In this document: positions 1 through 23,130 of the stretch, in pieces | Numbering within the stretch: the stretch's first letter is position 1 | Layout: each line of letters opens with the position of its first letter | NCBI RefSeq assembly: GCF_009914755.1 | Contig: NC_060928.1 | Length of the DNA: 64,000 bases | Strand: one strand, 5' to 3' | Source of the DNA: the human T2T-CHM13v2.0 reference genome, Homo sapiens | The notes under the pieces: model-generated | Database searches by the model: none | The model's input: only the letters and a program-made list of their open reading frames with translations | What the model was told of the DNA's origin: nothing | Made by a program: the position numbers and the translations under genes

Positions 1-2210
<2,210 letters not shown>

Positions 2211-4322
2211 ATGTGTTTAAGTGAACTTGGAGTCACTCTAAATGTATACTGCAAACTCTAGGGCAACCAGTGAAAAAAAAATTTAAAGGAATGCAACTGA
2301 TGTGCTAAGAAATATGATTATATAAAATGTTCAGTTAAAACCACAAAAGGCAGAGGAAGAGTGGAAGACAAAGATAGAACAAAGAACAAGGGCAACAAAC
2401 AGAAAAGAGTAACAGGGTGATGGTTGCACCAAAATCTCAGAAATCACTGCTAGAGAACTTATCCATGTAACCAAAAATCACCTGTTCCCCAAAAAGTATT
2501 GAAATAAAAAGACAGTAACAAATGTGGTTATTGTCAGATGTTATAGATATTAATCCAACTCTATCAATGGTCTAAATACACCAGTTAAAGGACAATTGTC
2601 GGAGTAGATGAAAACAATAAGACCCAGCTATATGTTGTCTATAAGTGACCTATTTTCATTATAAAGACACATCTAGATTAAAACTTAAAAGAAGGACAAA
2701 GATATACCACACTTACATTAATTTTTTAAAAAGTGAGTAGCTATATTAATTTCAGAGAAAGCACACTTCAGAGCAAAGAAAATTATCAGGATACAGAGGG
2801 ACATTACATAATGATAAGTGGGTCAGTTCTCCCAAAAGACCTTACAATCCATAATGTGTATGTGCTTAATTAATAACAGAACATCAAAATACATTAATCA
2901 AAAACAGAGAGAACTGTAAGAAGAGAAAGATAAATCTACTAATATATTTGGATACTTCAGCAGCCCTCCATCAGTAATAGAGAGATCTAGCAGGCAAAAA
3001 AATCAGTAAGGACAAAGTTGAACTCAACAATACCATCAATCAACTGGGTATAGTTGACAGCTGTAGACCATTTCATCCAACAACAACAGAATACACATTC
3101 TTCTGTAGGTCACATAGAACATTCACTGAGATAGACCACACTTTGGGCCATAAATTACACCTTAACAAATTTAAAAGAATATAAATTACAAAATGTGGAA
3201 TTAAACTAGAAAGCAATAACAGAATGAAAGCTGGAAAACCTCAAAATACTGGATGATTAAACAGCACAATTCCAAATAACACACAAGTCAACAAAGAAAT
3301 CTCAAGATAAATTAAAACATTTTTAATACATTAATTAAAAAACAATTTTATCAAAATGTGTGGGACCCGCAAAGCAGTGCTTAGAAATTTACAGCATTAA
3401 AGTCATGTATTAGGAAAAAAGAAAGATCTAAAATCAGTAATCAAAACATTCACCTTGGGAAGCTAGAAAAGACCAATTAAATCCAAAGTAAGCAGAAGGA
3501 AAGGAACGATAAAAATTAAAGCAGAAATAATGAAATTTTTCAAGGAAATCAGGGAGGAGGGGGTAAGAAAAAAATATGAATGCATTTATTACTACTGACT
3601 TTTACACTTAAAAATGGTAAAGATGGTAAATTACATATGTATATTTTACCTCAATAAAAATTTTTACAAGAAAATAGGAAATCAATAGAGAAAATCAACA
3701 AAACCAAATGCTGGTTTTTTTTAAAAGATCAGTAAAATTGATAAGCCTCTAGCCAGGCTAAGAAAATAAGAGAGAAGACACAAATTATTCATATAACAAA
3801 TGAAAGAGGGAACATCATTACAGATCCCAATCAGACATTAAAATGATAAAAAAGAAATACTATGAGCAAATTTATGTTCACACATTTGATAGCATAGATG
3901 AAATAGCCAATTCCTTGAAAGATACAATCTGCTGAAAACTTACACAAGAAGAAATAGACAATCTTAATAGGCCTATATCTATTAAAGAAATTGAGTCAAT
4001 AATCAATAATCTTGCAAAACAGAAAGCACCAGGCCAGATGGTTTGCTAGACAATTCTACCAAACATTTAAGGAAGAAATTATACCAATTCTCTACAATTT
4101 CTTCCAGAAGACAGAAGCAGAGGGAATATTTGCTAACTCATTCTATGGGGCCAATATTACCCTCATATTATAAAACAAAGACATTACATGAAAATAAAAC
4201 TACAGCCGGGCACAGTGGCTCACGCCTGTAATCCCAACACTTTGGAAGGCCGAGGCGGGCAGATCACGAGGTCAGGAGACTGAGACTATCCTGGCTAACA
4301 CGGTGAAACCCCGTCTCTACTA

Positions 4323-4451
<129 letters not shown>

Positions 4452-5003
4452 CTACAGCCTGGGCGAAAGAACGAGACTCCATCTCAAAAAAAAAAAAAAA
4501 AAAAAGAAAACAAAACAAAACCACAGACTCACCCAGAGCAATATCTCTCATGAACATACATGAAAAATTTCTCAACAAAAAATTAGCAAATTGAATCCAA
4601 CAATATATAAAAAGAATTATACACTATGACCAAGTGGGATTCATTCTGGGTATACAAGGCTAGTTCAACATCTGAAAATCAACTCATCACACCAACAGGC
4701 TAAAGAAGAAAAAAAACACATGATCATATCAATAGATGAAGAAAATAAAGAAAAAGCATTTGACAAAATCCAACAGCCATTCATGACAAAAACTCTCAGC
4801 AAACTAGAAATGGAAGTGAACCTCCTCAACTTGATTATAAGAAGTAAAATAAAAAAACTACAACTAACATCATATTTAATGGCGAGAAGCTAGAAAACTT
4901 TATTGCTAAGATCACAAACAGGGCAAGATGTGTCCTATCACAACTCCTTTTCACCATCGTACTGGAAACCCTAGCTAATGCACAAAGACTAGGAAAGGAA
5001 ATA

Positions 5004-6140
<1,137 letters not shown>

Positions 6141-6489
6141 TTATGGGCGACAGGTATCCAAAATATACAAAGAACACTTAAAACTAAGCCATAAGAAAAT
6201 GAACAAAAAAATCTCAACAGACACCTCACTAAAGAAGATATACAGGTGGCAAATAATTATATAAAAATAAGCATACACCATAAGAGAAATTGCAAATGAA
6301 AACAAAATGAGATACCACTACATACCTATTAGAATGGCCATTATCCCAAAGGCTGTCAACAGCAAATGCTGGTGAGGATGTGGAGGAACAGAAACTGTCA
6401 TTCATTGCTGGTGGGAATGCCAAATGATAAAGCCACTTTGGAAGACAGTTTGGCACTTCTTTACAAAACCTAAGCATACTCTTAGCACA

Positions 6490-6922
6490 TGTGATCATTA
6501 GTTTTATGTATCAACTTGACTCGGTCATGGGTTGACCAGATATTTAGTCAAACATTATTCTGGGTGTTTCTGTGAAGGTGTTTTGGGATGAGGGTACTAT
6601 TTAAGTTGGTAGACCAAGTAAAGCAGATTGCCCTCCGTAATGTGGATAGGCCTCATCCAATCAGTTGAAGACCTGAATAGAGCAAAAGATTGACCCTCTC
6701 TGAAGGAAGAGACAACTCTTCTGCCTGACAGGCTTCAGACTGGAATACTGTCTCTTCCTGGTTCTACAGCAGCCTGCCAGCCTTTGGACTCAAACTGGAA
6801 CATTAGCTCTACAGATTTTGGACTTACCACCTCTGTAATTGTGTGAGCTAATTTCTTATAATAAATCTCTTTATAATGTATATACATCCTACTGGTTCTG
6901 TTTCTCTGGAGAATCTTGACTA
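6490..6922 (+). mobile_element. MLT2-family solo LTR (ERVL)
   Basis: tgtgat...ttatgtatcaacttgac start and ggttctgtttctctggagaa...gactaat end. Confidence 0.85.
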
Positions 6923-7144
6923 ATATGCCATATGATCCAGTATTTGGATTCCTTGGTATTTACACAAAGGAGCTGAAAATATATATCCATCCAAAAACCT
7001 GCACATGGATGTTTATAAGAGCTTTAGCCATAATTGCCAAAATCTGGAAGCAACCAAGATTTCCTTCAGTAGGTGAATGGATAAACCAGGTGTCTGGTAC
7101 ATCCAGACAATGGAATATTATTCAGCACTTAAAAAATGGGCTCA

Positions 7145-7737
<593 letters not shown>

Positions 7738-8139
7738 TTAGGGAAGTGAAAATACTCTGTGATACTAGAATGGTGGATACATGTCATTATAATTTGTCCA
7801 AATCCATAGAATGTAAAACACCAAGAGAGAAATCTAATGTTAACTATGGACTTTGGGTGATAATGATACATCAATGCAGGTTCATAAATTGTAACACATG
7901 TATTACTCTGCTAAGGATGTTGATTAAGAAGCAGGCGGTGGGGGAGCAGAGTCTGCATGTGCTGAGCAGGGTGTGTACTGGAATTATGTACTATCCACTC
8001 AGTTTTGCTGGGAATCTAAGATTGCTCTATAAAGTTTTTTTTTAAATGAGCAAATGATTTGGATAAATATTTATCCAAAGAAAACATATACATGGCTACT
8101 AAGCACATAAAAAGATGCTCAACATTATTAGTTATTAGG

Positions 8140-8508
8140 CTCCTTGGTCCATTCAGGCTGCTATAACAAAATACCATAAACTGGATAGCTTATAAACAAA
8201 AGAAATTTATTTCTCACAGTTCTGGAGTGTGGGAAGTCTAAGATCAAGGCACCAGCAGATTCAGTGGGTGGTGAGAGCCCACTTTCTGCTTCATCGATGG
8301 CACCTTCTTATGGTGTCCTCACATGATGGAGGGGACAAAGGAGCACTTCTCAGGCTTCCTTTATAAGGGCGCTATTACCATTCATAGGGTAGAGCCCTCA
8401 TAACCTAATCATATCTCAAAGGCTTTCCAACCCCTAATAATACCACCTTAGGTATTAGAATTTCAACATATTAATATTGGGGTCAGGGAGTGGGAGCAGA
8501 TCATAACA
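8140..8508 (-). mobile_element. MLT1A/MST-like MaLR LTR
   Basis: ctgctataacaaaataccat...tttatttctcacagttctggag signature. Confidence 0.85.
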
Positions 8509-9639
8509 TTAGGGAAATGCCAATCAAAACCACAATGACATACCATTTCACACCCACTAGGATGGCTATAATAAAAAATATGGTCAATAACAGGTGTTTG
8601 CGAGGATGTAGAAAAACTAGAATTCTTGTACATCACTGGTAGAAATGTAAAATGGTATGGCTTTTGTGCAAAAGAGGTTGGTGGTTCCTCAAAAAATTAA
8701 ATGTGGAGTTACTATATGACCCAGAACTTTCAATCCTACATATATACCCAAAAGAATTAAACATATAGGCTCACACAACAAGTTGCGCACAGATCTTCAC
8801 AGCAGTATTATTTATAATAGCCAAAAAGTAGAAACAGCCCAAATGTCTATTAATTGGCTCATGTATAAACAAAATGTGATATATGCATGCAATGGAATAT
8901 TATTCAGCCATTAAAAGAAATAGAATGCTGATAATGACATCATATTGTATGATTCCATTTATAGGAAATGTACAGAATAAGCAAATCCATAGAAACAGAA
9001 AAGAGATAAGTGCTTGCCAGTGGTTGGGTATTGGAGGAATGGGAATGGCTGCTAATTGGTACGGTGTTTATAATGTGATGAAATGTTTTGGAAAGAGATA
9101 CTGGAGATGATTGCCCAACCTCGTGAATATATTAACATCGACTGAATTGTACCCTTTAAAATGGTAGACTTCATGGTATGTGAATTATATCTTAATTTGA
9201 AAAAATTATTTTAAGGTACGAGTAATGTAGATTTCAGGAATCCCTTTATGTCTTAAAATGAATTTATTTTGACACTACACTTTGTTGATAGTTTGACTGA
9301 GTAAATAATTCTAGGTTCAAGAGGAATTATTTTTTTTTAAACCTTGAAGACCTTTACCCTACCATATTCTAGCTTTCATTATGGCTGATGAGATGTCTGA
9401 TTTTTTCCCCCTTTCTTTATTTGCTTATTTTTCTTTCCCTCCTTCCTTCCTTCTTTTCTTTTTTTAAGAAGAACTAGAAATTCTTCCTGGAAACTTTTAG
9501 AGTGTCCTCTTTATCTTTGTTTTTCTGAATCTCACAGTTATGATTCTGACAGTGAGTGTTAGGTAGGAAGGGAAATAATTGATCTTTATCAACATGAATA
9601 TTGCTTCTCTGTTCAACTTATAAAAATATTCTTCTTTTT

Positions 9640-10500
9640 TAAAATTTATTTTTATTGAAGACTAGTTTATATACATTGAAATTCACACATCTTAAGTGTA
9701 CAATTTGATGAGTTTTAGCAAATGTACATACTTGTGTAACTACCATTTCATGTGCTTTTTGGTCATTTGTATTTTTTTCTTTTCTAAAATGTTTGCCTAA
9801 GTCTCTTTCTCATTTACAGTGGATCCAATTTGTCAATTTTTTCTTTTACAGATTGTGCAAGAGGAAGATGTATGTCACGTCAAAGAATTATTTGCTAGTC
9901 CTAAGTCCTGAAATTTCTATTTTTTCCTAAACATTTTATGGTTTTATATTTTACATATGAGTTCATAATGAGTTAATTTTTGCATAAAGTATGCGTTTTA
10001 AGTTGAGCTTCTTTTTTTTGCTTACAAATGTCACTTTGACAAATTTTAAAACTGAGTTATCTTTATTACTGAGTTGTAAGAATTCTTTCCATCCCCTAGA
10101 TACACATCCTTTGTCAGATGTATGTATTACAAATATTTTCTTTTGGTCCTGGCTTGTTTATTCATTTGCTTAACGGTGTCTCTTATGGTTTTACATTTTG
10201 ATTAAACCCAATGTGTTAGTTTTTTTGAGGTTGGTACTTTTCGGTCTCATGGAAAAAAATCTTTGCCAACCCCACAGTCATGAAGATATTCTTCTGTTTT
10301 TCTCTAGAAGCCTTTTAGTTTTAGCTTTTGAGTTTAGGTCCATGATGCATCTCAAAATTAGTTTTTTGTGTAGCATGAGGTAAGGATTGAGACTAATCTT
10401 TTTCCATATGTCCATCTAATTTTTCCAGCACCATTTATTGAAAAGATTTTTCTTTCCTATATAATTTCCTATAGTAGCATTAAGACTAATATGGCTATGT
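9640..10500 (-). mobile_element. L1M fragments, antisense
   Basis: T-rich L1-like sequence, e.g. ttccagcaccatttattgaaaag (LFNKWCWKN on the minus strand). Confidence 0.75.
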
Positions 10501-10747
10501 ACTTGTTTAGGATGCCCTTGAACTCCTGTAGGTTGGGATGATGACCACTGGTATGCCTCATTATCAAAAGTGTCAAATCCCTGCTGCCTCATGTCATTGG
10601 CTACTTGCACATAATAATTTTGTCTATCTTCAGGGTTCTGGTTTTCCTTCTCTTTCTCTTCTTCACAATTTGGGTAATAGTCATCTTTGCAGCCATCAGA
10701 TTCCTAGCTGTTCATATTCAGAGGTATCTTGATGTGATGGGATACTT

Positions 10748-11404
10748 TGTTTACCCCCTTCGCAGGCAGGAACTGGAGTGGTTCTTTCACTCTGCCCACC
10801 GCTGGCCACTCCTCCGCTCAGGAGGGAGGGTGCGAGCGAGCAAGTGCAGGAACTGAAGCGAACAAACACTGGAACTGGCCAGAGTCCAAGCATGTTATGA
10901 CCAATACTCTGTCAGATCAGCCGTCCAGGGACAGGGGAGTGCCAACCAGCTCACTGGAGGGTCAAGGTGGCAGCCTCTGACCTCTCAGCACCCAGGTTCT
11001 TGTCCAGCATCCAGGAAGAATCAAGTCACATGAACTGTTTGAGAGGTTGATGAATGCAGAAGACTTTATTGAGCAGTGGTTGGCTCTCAGCAGAAAAGGA
11101 GACTGAAAAGCGGTCGGGAAAATGATCTCTCTCTCCCTGAAGCCCGGCTGCCCCTCTCTGAAGCAGCCCTGTCTGAAGTTAGCCACATCTATCCATAGTC
11201 TCCAACGTTCAGTTGCTTCTCTCCTCGCTGCTCAGCCACTTGTGTTGCTCTGCCAGCTGAAGTCTTCTATGGGCACAGGATAGGAGCATGGCAGGCCAAA
11301 AAGGTAACATTTGGGCAGAAAAACGGGGTCAGCTGTTTTCACTTGGGGCCGCAGTTTCAGGCATATGGGTGGGGTTTAGCTGGGAGCCCAGCCCTTCTGT
11401 ATCA
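10748..11404 (-). mobile_element. ERV1 solo LTR (LTR27/MER52-like)
   Basis: Minus strand begins TGATACAGAAGGGCTGGGCTCCC and ends in ...CA; AATAAA near 11065. Confidence 0.7.
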
Positions 11405-11719
11405 TTGACAGCCAAGTTTCAGATAAAAAAAGCTGCTTCCTTCCCTCACCCTCTAACTCTTTAAAACTTTATTACTTCCTCAAATGCATTAGAAATTTGT
11501 GTCTGTATTTTTCAAGGTCATACACAAAGGTATTACTAAAATTACCATATGATTTTCATTGAGAACTCAATCTTTTGGCAGCTAAGCATTAATCAGGTTA
11601 GCCAAGTTGTTCCTTCCAAGGAGGGTTCCGGGAGGGTACAGGTCACAGCCATAGAACAGGAAAGAAGCAGGCCAAAGCTGATATGTGATCCAGGCTGCTT
11701 TCTCCTTCTCTTGTTCCGT

Positions 11720-12830
11720 CATCATTTTCAGGTAACTTCATCTTGACATTCTGCAAAACATAATTCTGGTCGACTACATGAGTGGCATGATGCTAATGTG
11801 ACTTATGAGCAAGAAGTGGCAAATACCCTACATGCCCAAGTAAGTACATAGTGAGAAATAATTCCATAGAGATTCAGAGGCCTACCATATTGTTGAAATT
11901 TTGAAGAATACAACAATCCAATACATGTGTTATAAGGTAAAGACGGGTGGTAGAATATTGCGCCATCTATGATAAATAAAGAGGCATAGGCCAAGCCTGG
12001 TGGCTCACACCTGTAATCCCAGCACTTTGGGAGGCCAAGGCTGGAGGAGTAGGAGTTTAAGACTTAAACTCACTTGAGCGTAGGAGTTTAAGACTAGCCT
12101 GGACAACATGGCAAAACTCTGTCTCCACAAACAATACAAAAATTTGCCAGGCATGGTAGTGTGCACCTGTAGTCCCAGCTACTTGGGAGGCTGAGGTGGA
12201 AGGATTGCTTAAGCCTGGGAAGTGTAGTTTGCAGTGAGCAGTGAGCTGTGATTGCACTTGCACTCCAGCCTGGGTGACAAAGCAAGACCCTGTCTTAAAA
12301 AAAAAAAGAAGGAAAGGGAAGAAGAGGAGGGGAGGGAAGGGGAGGGAAGAGGAGAGGGGAGGGAAAGAAAGAAAAAGAAAGAGGCATAATGGTTTCTGGG
12401 TTTCTTTGGATTTTGGAGAAAGCAAATACTATATACTTTGAGTGGGGACCAGAACTACAAGCAGGTCAAGACAATCATGCAAGCTGTTCAAACACTTGTG
12501 TCATGACATCAGCAGATCTGCTACTGCTGGAGATAATCCTGACCCTGAAACTGCTGACTAAGCTAGGTTAGGAGGTACAGAGTTCCACCCAATTAGAAGT
12601 TATGACTAATAAGTGTAATAAGTGGAGTCACTTTGGGTTACTCATTCTATTGAGCAAACAGGTGAAAAATGGAGTTAATGCACTGGCTAGGGTAATGAAC
12701 TCTGAGCTAGAGTTACTACTACCTAATTAAAGCAGGGAGGATATGTCTGGAACCGAAGGGAGTCAGTGGAGCATCTCTTACCATTTCCATGCCCAGTGTT
12801 AATTGTCGTCGGGAAATTACAGACTCAGAT
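11720..12830 (+). mobile_element. ERVL internal fragments (RT-like and dUTPase-like) split by an AluJ (11988-12310)
   Basis: atgctaat...tgagcaagaagtggcaaataccctac resembles ERVL RT; cactttgggttactcat...ggagttaatgcactggctagggtaatga resembles the ERVL dUTPase region. Confidence 0.6.
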
Positions 12831-13395
12831 GAAGTTCCATGCCACAGCAAATGGGATCGGGCTTTTCCAGTAACTGCCCAAATGTTCTTCCCCTCTTTCT
12901 CAGCCTCACTTCCCTTTTCTTACACTCTTACTATTCTGAGATGGAGCCTCGCCCCCCAAAATATTAACAATTAAGCTTTGTTTGAGTCTCTATTTTCCAG
13001 AGGACTCAGGCAAAGGCCCCTTCCAACTTCTAGTCTTTAGTCATTCAATCATTCTAGGGCTGTCCAGTAAAAATTAGACAGCCTGAGGCTGAGCTGTTCA
13101 ATAGAAACAATATGAGTGTCATATAAAATTTTTAAATTTCTAGTAGTCACATTTTAAAAAGTAAACAGGTGAAATTAATTTTACTTAAACCAATATACCT
13201 AATATGTTGTCATTTCAACACATATTTAATATAATAATGAAATAGTTTTTTTATATTAAGGTTTCAAAGTCTATTGTGAATTTTATACTTACAGTATATC
13301 TCAATTTGAATGTTATCATTGGAAATACTTGATTTATATTAGATTTCATAAATTTTACAATAAAAAAGATTCACATTCCCAAGTTGTTCCAAAAT

Positions 13396-14352
13396 ATTGG
13401 GAGACAATTCTCCATGGGTCTCTCATATTTCCGAACATCTTGTGAGCAGAGGCACTGGTTGTCTTTGTTCTGAACTATCTTTAAAGGATGTCTGTATATC
13501 AAATAGCCTTGGAAGACTGACATAGTGTCTCCCTCTGAAGCATGAGGTAGGTATGCTTATTGTCCAGATCATAAAGTTAATGTGCAGCTGTGCTTGCAGG
13601 ACAGTTCTCCAGGTAGCGTTATGCCACCCAGTTCCTCCTCCTTTCTGGCTTGTAGTCCTCAAAAAGTGACTGTAGAATGTACTGGGAATGCAACACTCTA
13701 AGATGAGGAGGGACTGTGTAGGCTCTATTATAGTCTCTCTTCCCTAGCCCTCAGAACAGGATGTCCTTCAAAGCTCTGGCCCTGTGTGTTATGACCCCAA
13801 AGTATATAACCCAAGGTGGGCTGCCTTTCAGGGTCCCTCAGCTGTGGTGCAAGTAGGGCACACATTGTTGAGACTCTATTTGCCCTAGGTAAATAGAGCT
13901 TTCAAGGACTGGCTCACAATGGATCCTGGGCTTCTTTTGTCTCTTGCTGCCTATCTGCAATTAATAAATCATTTCATGTAACTAGTGGCATATGAGTGTG
14001 TTATTTCTTAACTCAGGTAAGTTGGTAACCAGTGTACAGTGAAGCTGCTTTGCATTGTTTACCACCATTGTAAAATATTTAGGTTCCCTGAACTAAGGAT
14101 TCCTTACCTATAAGACAATCAGCTGTGTATACAGATGTCATTTGACCCTCTTTGTATTGCTCTGTAGGAATCAGGCAGAAATTGGTTCAAAGAAATACTG
14201 ATTCTCTGACTATTGCTATTGCTGTGATTAATATACTCCTTTGTCTTGAACCCAGGGGTTCTGTGCCTTTTTACCAGTATCTATAAAACTGTGGAAGGTT
14301 GATTTATCTTATAAGCAGGGTACCATCTCAGACCACTTACAGTTCTTGACAC
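13396..14352 (+). mobile_element. LTR40-like LTR containing a nested LTR41-like LTR (~13590-14055)
   Basis: ttgggagacaattctccatgggtctc start and acagttcttgaca end; inner ttgcaggacagttctccagg start with its own TATA box and AATAAA. Confidence 0.65.
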
Positions 14353-15208
14353 AAAAATACTTGAAAGTTTTCCAGTAACCTAAATTGAGTACCAGAAAAA
14401 AAAAATCACTTTCCTTTAACAGTCACATCCATATTAAAAAAAAAACTGCCTCATATTTTTTAGAAAATAATTGATTTGACTTTGAAAGCAAAAGCATATC
14501 AATTTCAAAACTATGTGTTCAAGTAAAGTACATTCACTAAATCTTACGTTGACTCAGTGGTATTGATATTGAATTCAAAAAGAGTATTTCATAAATTGAA
14601 AAGCAACTTGAAATTTCTCTCAATATCAATAGTGTTCAAATTTTTCTTGTAGTTCTTACTGTTAATTTATATAATACTTTTGATTTAATTAAAATCTCCT
14701 GCATACTGATTTGTTAGAAAATGTAAACTCTTTTAAAAATGCGTAAAATCATTATTATTGGTTTGTATTACCAAAAGTTTAAATTTCAATATAAATCCTT
14801 GTACTTGTCTAAATAGGTCACGAGCTTTTGATTTTCTTGGAGTTTCAAATTTAGCTTGTTCACATGCACTGTGATATTGATAAGAAAGCATAAATCACAC
14901 GGCTGTATTTTTCTCTTTGATTATGGAATATTTGTACAACTTTGTAATGTTTATAGAACTCTTCCATAACTCAACCAATGAATATTGAGAAAGAACACAA
15001 GATAGCTAAATTCATTCTCTTCTATTTCTTTCAATTGTTTCATAAACTGGCAATGACTCACAGAATTTGCATGGATACACGGAATAATTTCAATAACTAT
15101 ATCCATTACCTCTTCATAGAGTTTGCTTCAGAAAATTGAGCCCAGATATTTTTAATATCTATCATACAGTGGAATGAAGCAATAAGAAATCATGAGTCAC
15201 TTATTTCA

Positions 15209-15775
<567 letters not shown>

Positions 15776-15980
15776 CTATTTGCAACATTTTAAATTTTGA
15801 ATCAATTGATTTTTGATAGTTAAAAAGATACTGCATTCTACAGACACTTGTTTGATAATTTAATTGAAAATCTTTTACTTTTTAAAAATAGTTTTTAGCC
15901 ATTTCTTCATAATTTTCTAACATTTCCATAAATGATATAATAGTTTATTTTACAATCTCTCCATCTAAAAAAATTGTTAG

Positions 15981-15983
<3 letters not shown>

Positions 15984-16019
<36 letters not shown>
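15984..16019. repeat. (GT)18 microsatellite
   Basis: Read directly from the sequence. Confidence 0.97.
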
Positions 16020-16023
<4 letters not shown>

Positions 16024-16646
16024 ATCCAAGACCTTTTATAACTGGCCATATTTACAAACTTGGATCCTGTCAGATATCATTTAAATTTTTTTGTTGTACT
16101 TTTAATTCTGAATTCAGGCAATTAATTTGATCAATTCTTTTTGACTGCTGAGAGGAAAGTTCTTATGATATTTACTATGTTTTTGCTAAAAATGTCTCTC
16201 ATGACTGTGTATTTTATAATCTTAATATTGTTATACAACAGATAAAAAGTCTTTTCATTTTGCTCTGCCCTAATAAATTGCAATTGCCATTCATTGTGAA
16301 TTTTGTAACATACCCTCTTCCAGACCGTTTATTCATTCCAGTCATAGTAGTACCTTTGACATCTCCACTGAATCCAATTTAAATGTAAAAATTTGTTCTT
16401 CCTCTTCTTTTTTTTTTTTTTTATGAGACGGAGTTTCACTCTTGTCGCCCAGGCTGGAGTGGAGTGGCGATGTCAGCTCACTGTAACCTCCACCTCCTGG
16501 GTTCAAGTGATTCTCTGGCCTCAGCCTCCTGAGTAGCTGGGATTACAGACACCTAACACCACACCCGGCTCATTTTTTGTATTTTTAGTAGAGATGGGGT
16601 TTTGCCATGTTGGGCAGGCTAGTCTTGAACTCCTGATCTCAGGTGA

Positions 16647-17071
<425 letters not shown>

Positions 17072-18777
17072 TAGAGAAAATAATTTGATGATATAATTAA
17101 AATAAGTATTTAAATTTTATTACCAATTAAAATTTATATCTTTGTAACTTTCACTGTCTGCAAAAATATTTAAATAAATCAGTGCATAGGAACAAAACAT
17201 CCAAATTGAAAAACCTGTAACTGACAATATTGATGATATATTTATATGTAATACTAGAGTTGACCTACATGCTCAACATACACTGTATAACAATGTCTTA
17301 TATGATGCAATGGTTAAAGTGAAATGTTGCCCTAACCAAACTGTAAAGTTGGGTTTCATGGAAAACATGCTACTTTTCTTCAGTTTTTAATTTTAAAATG
17401 TGACACTAGCCACATTTCAAGTGCTCAGTAGCCATATAAGGCTAGTGACCCTCATACTGGAAAGCACAGCTGTAGGCAACAGAGATTCAGCAGTAAACAA
17501 AGCAAGAGAAAAATCCCTCTCCCCTTGGGCCTCAAGTTTTCTGTCTACTTATATTTTATTTACTTAAAAAACAACATAGAGCTGTATTTTGAATTTTTAT
17601 TGAGTCTGAAAATCTTTGTACTTTGATTGGATAATTTAATCCAGTTACATTTATTTATTATGTTTATTTATTGGCAGGGTCTCACCCTGTCGCCTAGGCT
17701 GGAGTGCAGTAGTGCAGTAGTGCAATCATGACTCACTGCAGCCTCAACCTCCCCAGGCTCAGGTGATGCTCCCACTTCAGCCCAAGTAGCTGGGACCACA
17801 GGTGCATGCTACCATGCCTGGCTAATATTTCTGTATTTTTTTGTAGAGATGGGGTTTCTCTATGTTGCCCAGGCTTGTCTCAAACTCCCAGGCTTAAGCA
17901 ATCCTCCAGCCTCGGACTTCCAAAGTGCTGGGATTACAGGTGTGAACAACCGCACCTGGCCCCAATTACTTTTTGAATAATTACTTATACAATTTGGAAT
18001 TTTACCTACCATATTGTGCCTTCTACTTGTCCTGCCATCTCTAGATCTCTCTCATTTGCCTTTTTTTCTCCTTTGTCTATTGATTTCTTCTCTTCTAATT
18101 TAGAAATTATGCACCTTTTCTATTTTTTGTGTTTACCCTACATTTTAAAAGGCTTTTTATTTTGAGATAATTTCGGACTTATAGAAGAATCCACAAAATT
18201 AGTACAGAAATTTCCCCTATACACACTGACCAGATTCCCCTAATATCAACATATTACATATTCATAGAATAATCAAATGTAATTAACCAACACTGAAATA
18301 ATATTATTAAATAATCTACCACTCATAGGGTGGAATGCATCCAGAGCATTTAGGCTGCACAGGAAGTTGCAGAGGGACTGGTAGATCTGTGTAGAGCACT
18401 GGGCCACAGGTGAGCTATGCACAGGTTGTGCAGAGGCTGGTAAAGAGTGACTTCAGATGTGTGAGTCTCCAGGCCACAAACGTCAGTGCAGGCCATGCAA
18501 GAGCTTTGGTTTCCTTGTGAAGAGGGGTGCAAAAAGGTTATCAGCAGGCCAAAGCTGCAAGGTCACAGACAGATTGTGTTTTGGGCCTGTGGATATTTAC
18601 TGGTTGTCTTCATACTCACACTAGCCAACCCTCAGCCCATAACAGGAATAGCAGGAGAACCTCTTCCTCTGTAGTATTCCTCCAATGCCCTTTACTTAGA
18701 AAGATTAACATCGTGCCCACGTTAAAGGAGGGACTCTGAAAAAAATTCAGTTGCCTATCACAGAAGATATACAGTAA

Positions 18778-20035
<1,258 letters not shown>

Positions 20036-20665
20036 TATTGAAAGGCGCATTTGGAGCCTGGAAGCAGTAAATTGAATTCGAATTCAAGCTCCAATTAGCC
20101 ATGTGTTAGACCAAGTTATTTTTCCATGGTTCTTAAGCTGTTACTTTCATCTTCATCTTCGTGCTACATTCAGAATGATTTTTTCATATCTTTCATTCCT
20201 CTAATTCTTTACTTAGCTGTGTCAACTAGGCTATTAAACCTATCCTTAAGTTTTAATTAGTTTGTTTTCTAAATTCTGGAAGTACTGCTTTTGGTTATTT
20301 TTCAAATCTGATTGATCATTTTAATAGCCTCTTGCTCTTTATTCATATTTTAAACTTATTTTATTTCTCCCATAATGATAGAGAGGTAAGATTCTGGAAT
20401 CTGATTATCTAGATTTAAATCCCAACCTCTACCATTAGATGAGTAACTTTGGGCAAATAGTAACCTCTTTTCCTCAGTTGCTTCATCTATAAAATAGAAA
20501 TAATATAAGCATTTAAATAAGTACACAAGTTTGTTATCAGAATTAAGAGTTAATATTATGTAAAGAATTGGCCGGGTGCAGTGGCTCCTGCCTGTAATCC
20601 CAGCACTTTGGGAGGCCGAGGGGGGCGGGTCACCTGAGGTCAGGAGTTTGAGACCAGCCTGGCTA

Positions 20666-20924
<259 letters not shown>

Positions 20925-20989
20925 TTAGAAAAGTGCTTGACACTTAAAAGTATTACATAAATGTTGGTTATTACTATCTTTTGCCACTG

Positions 20990-23130
<2,141 letters not shown>

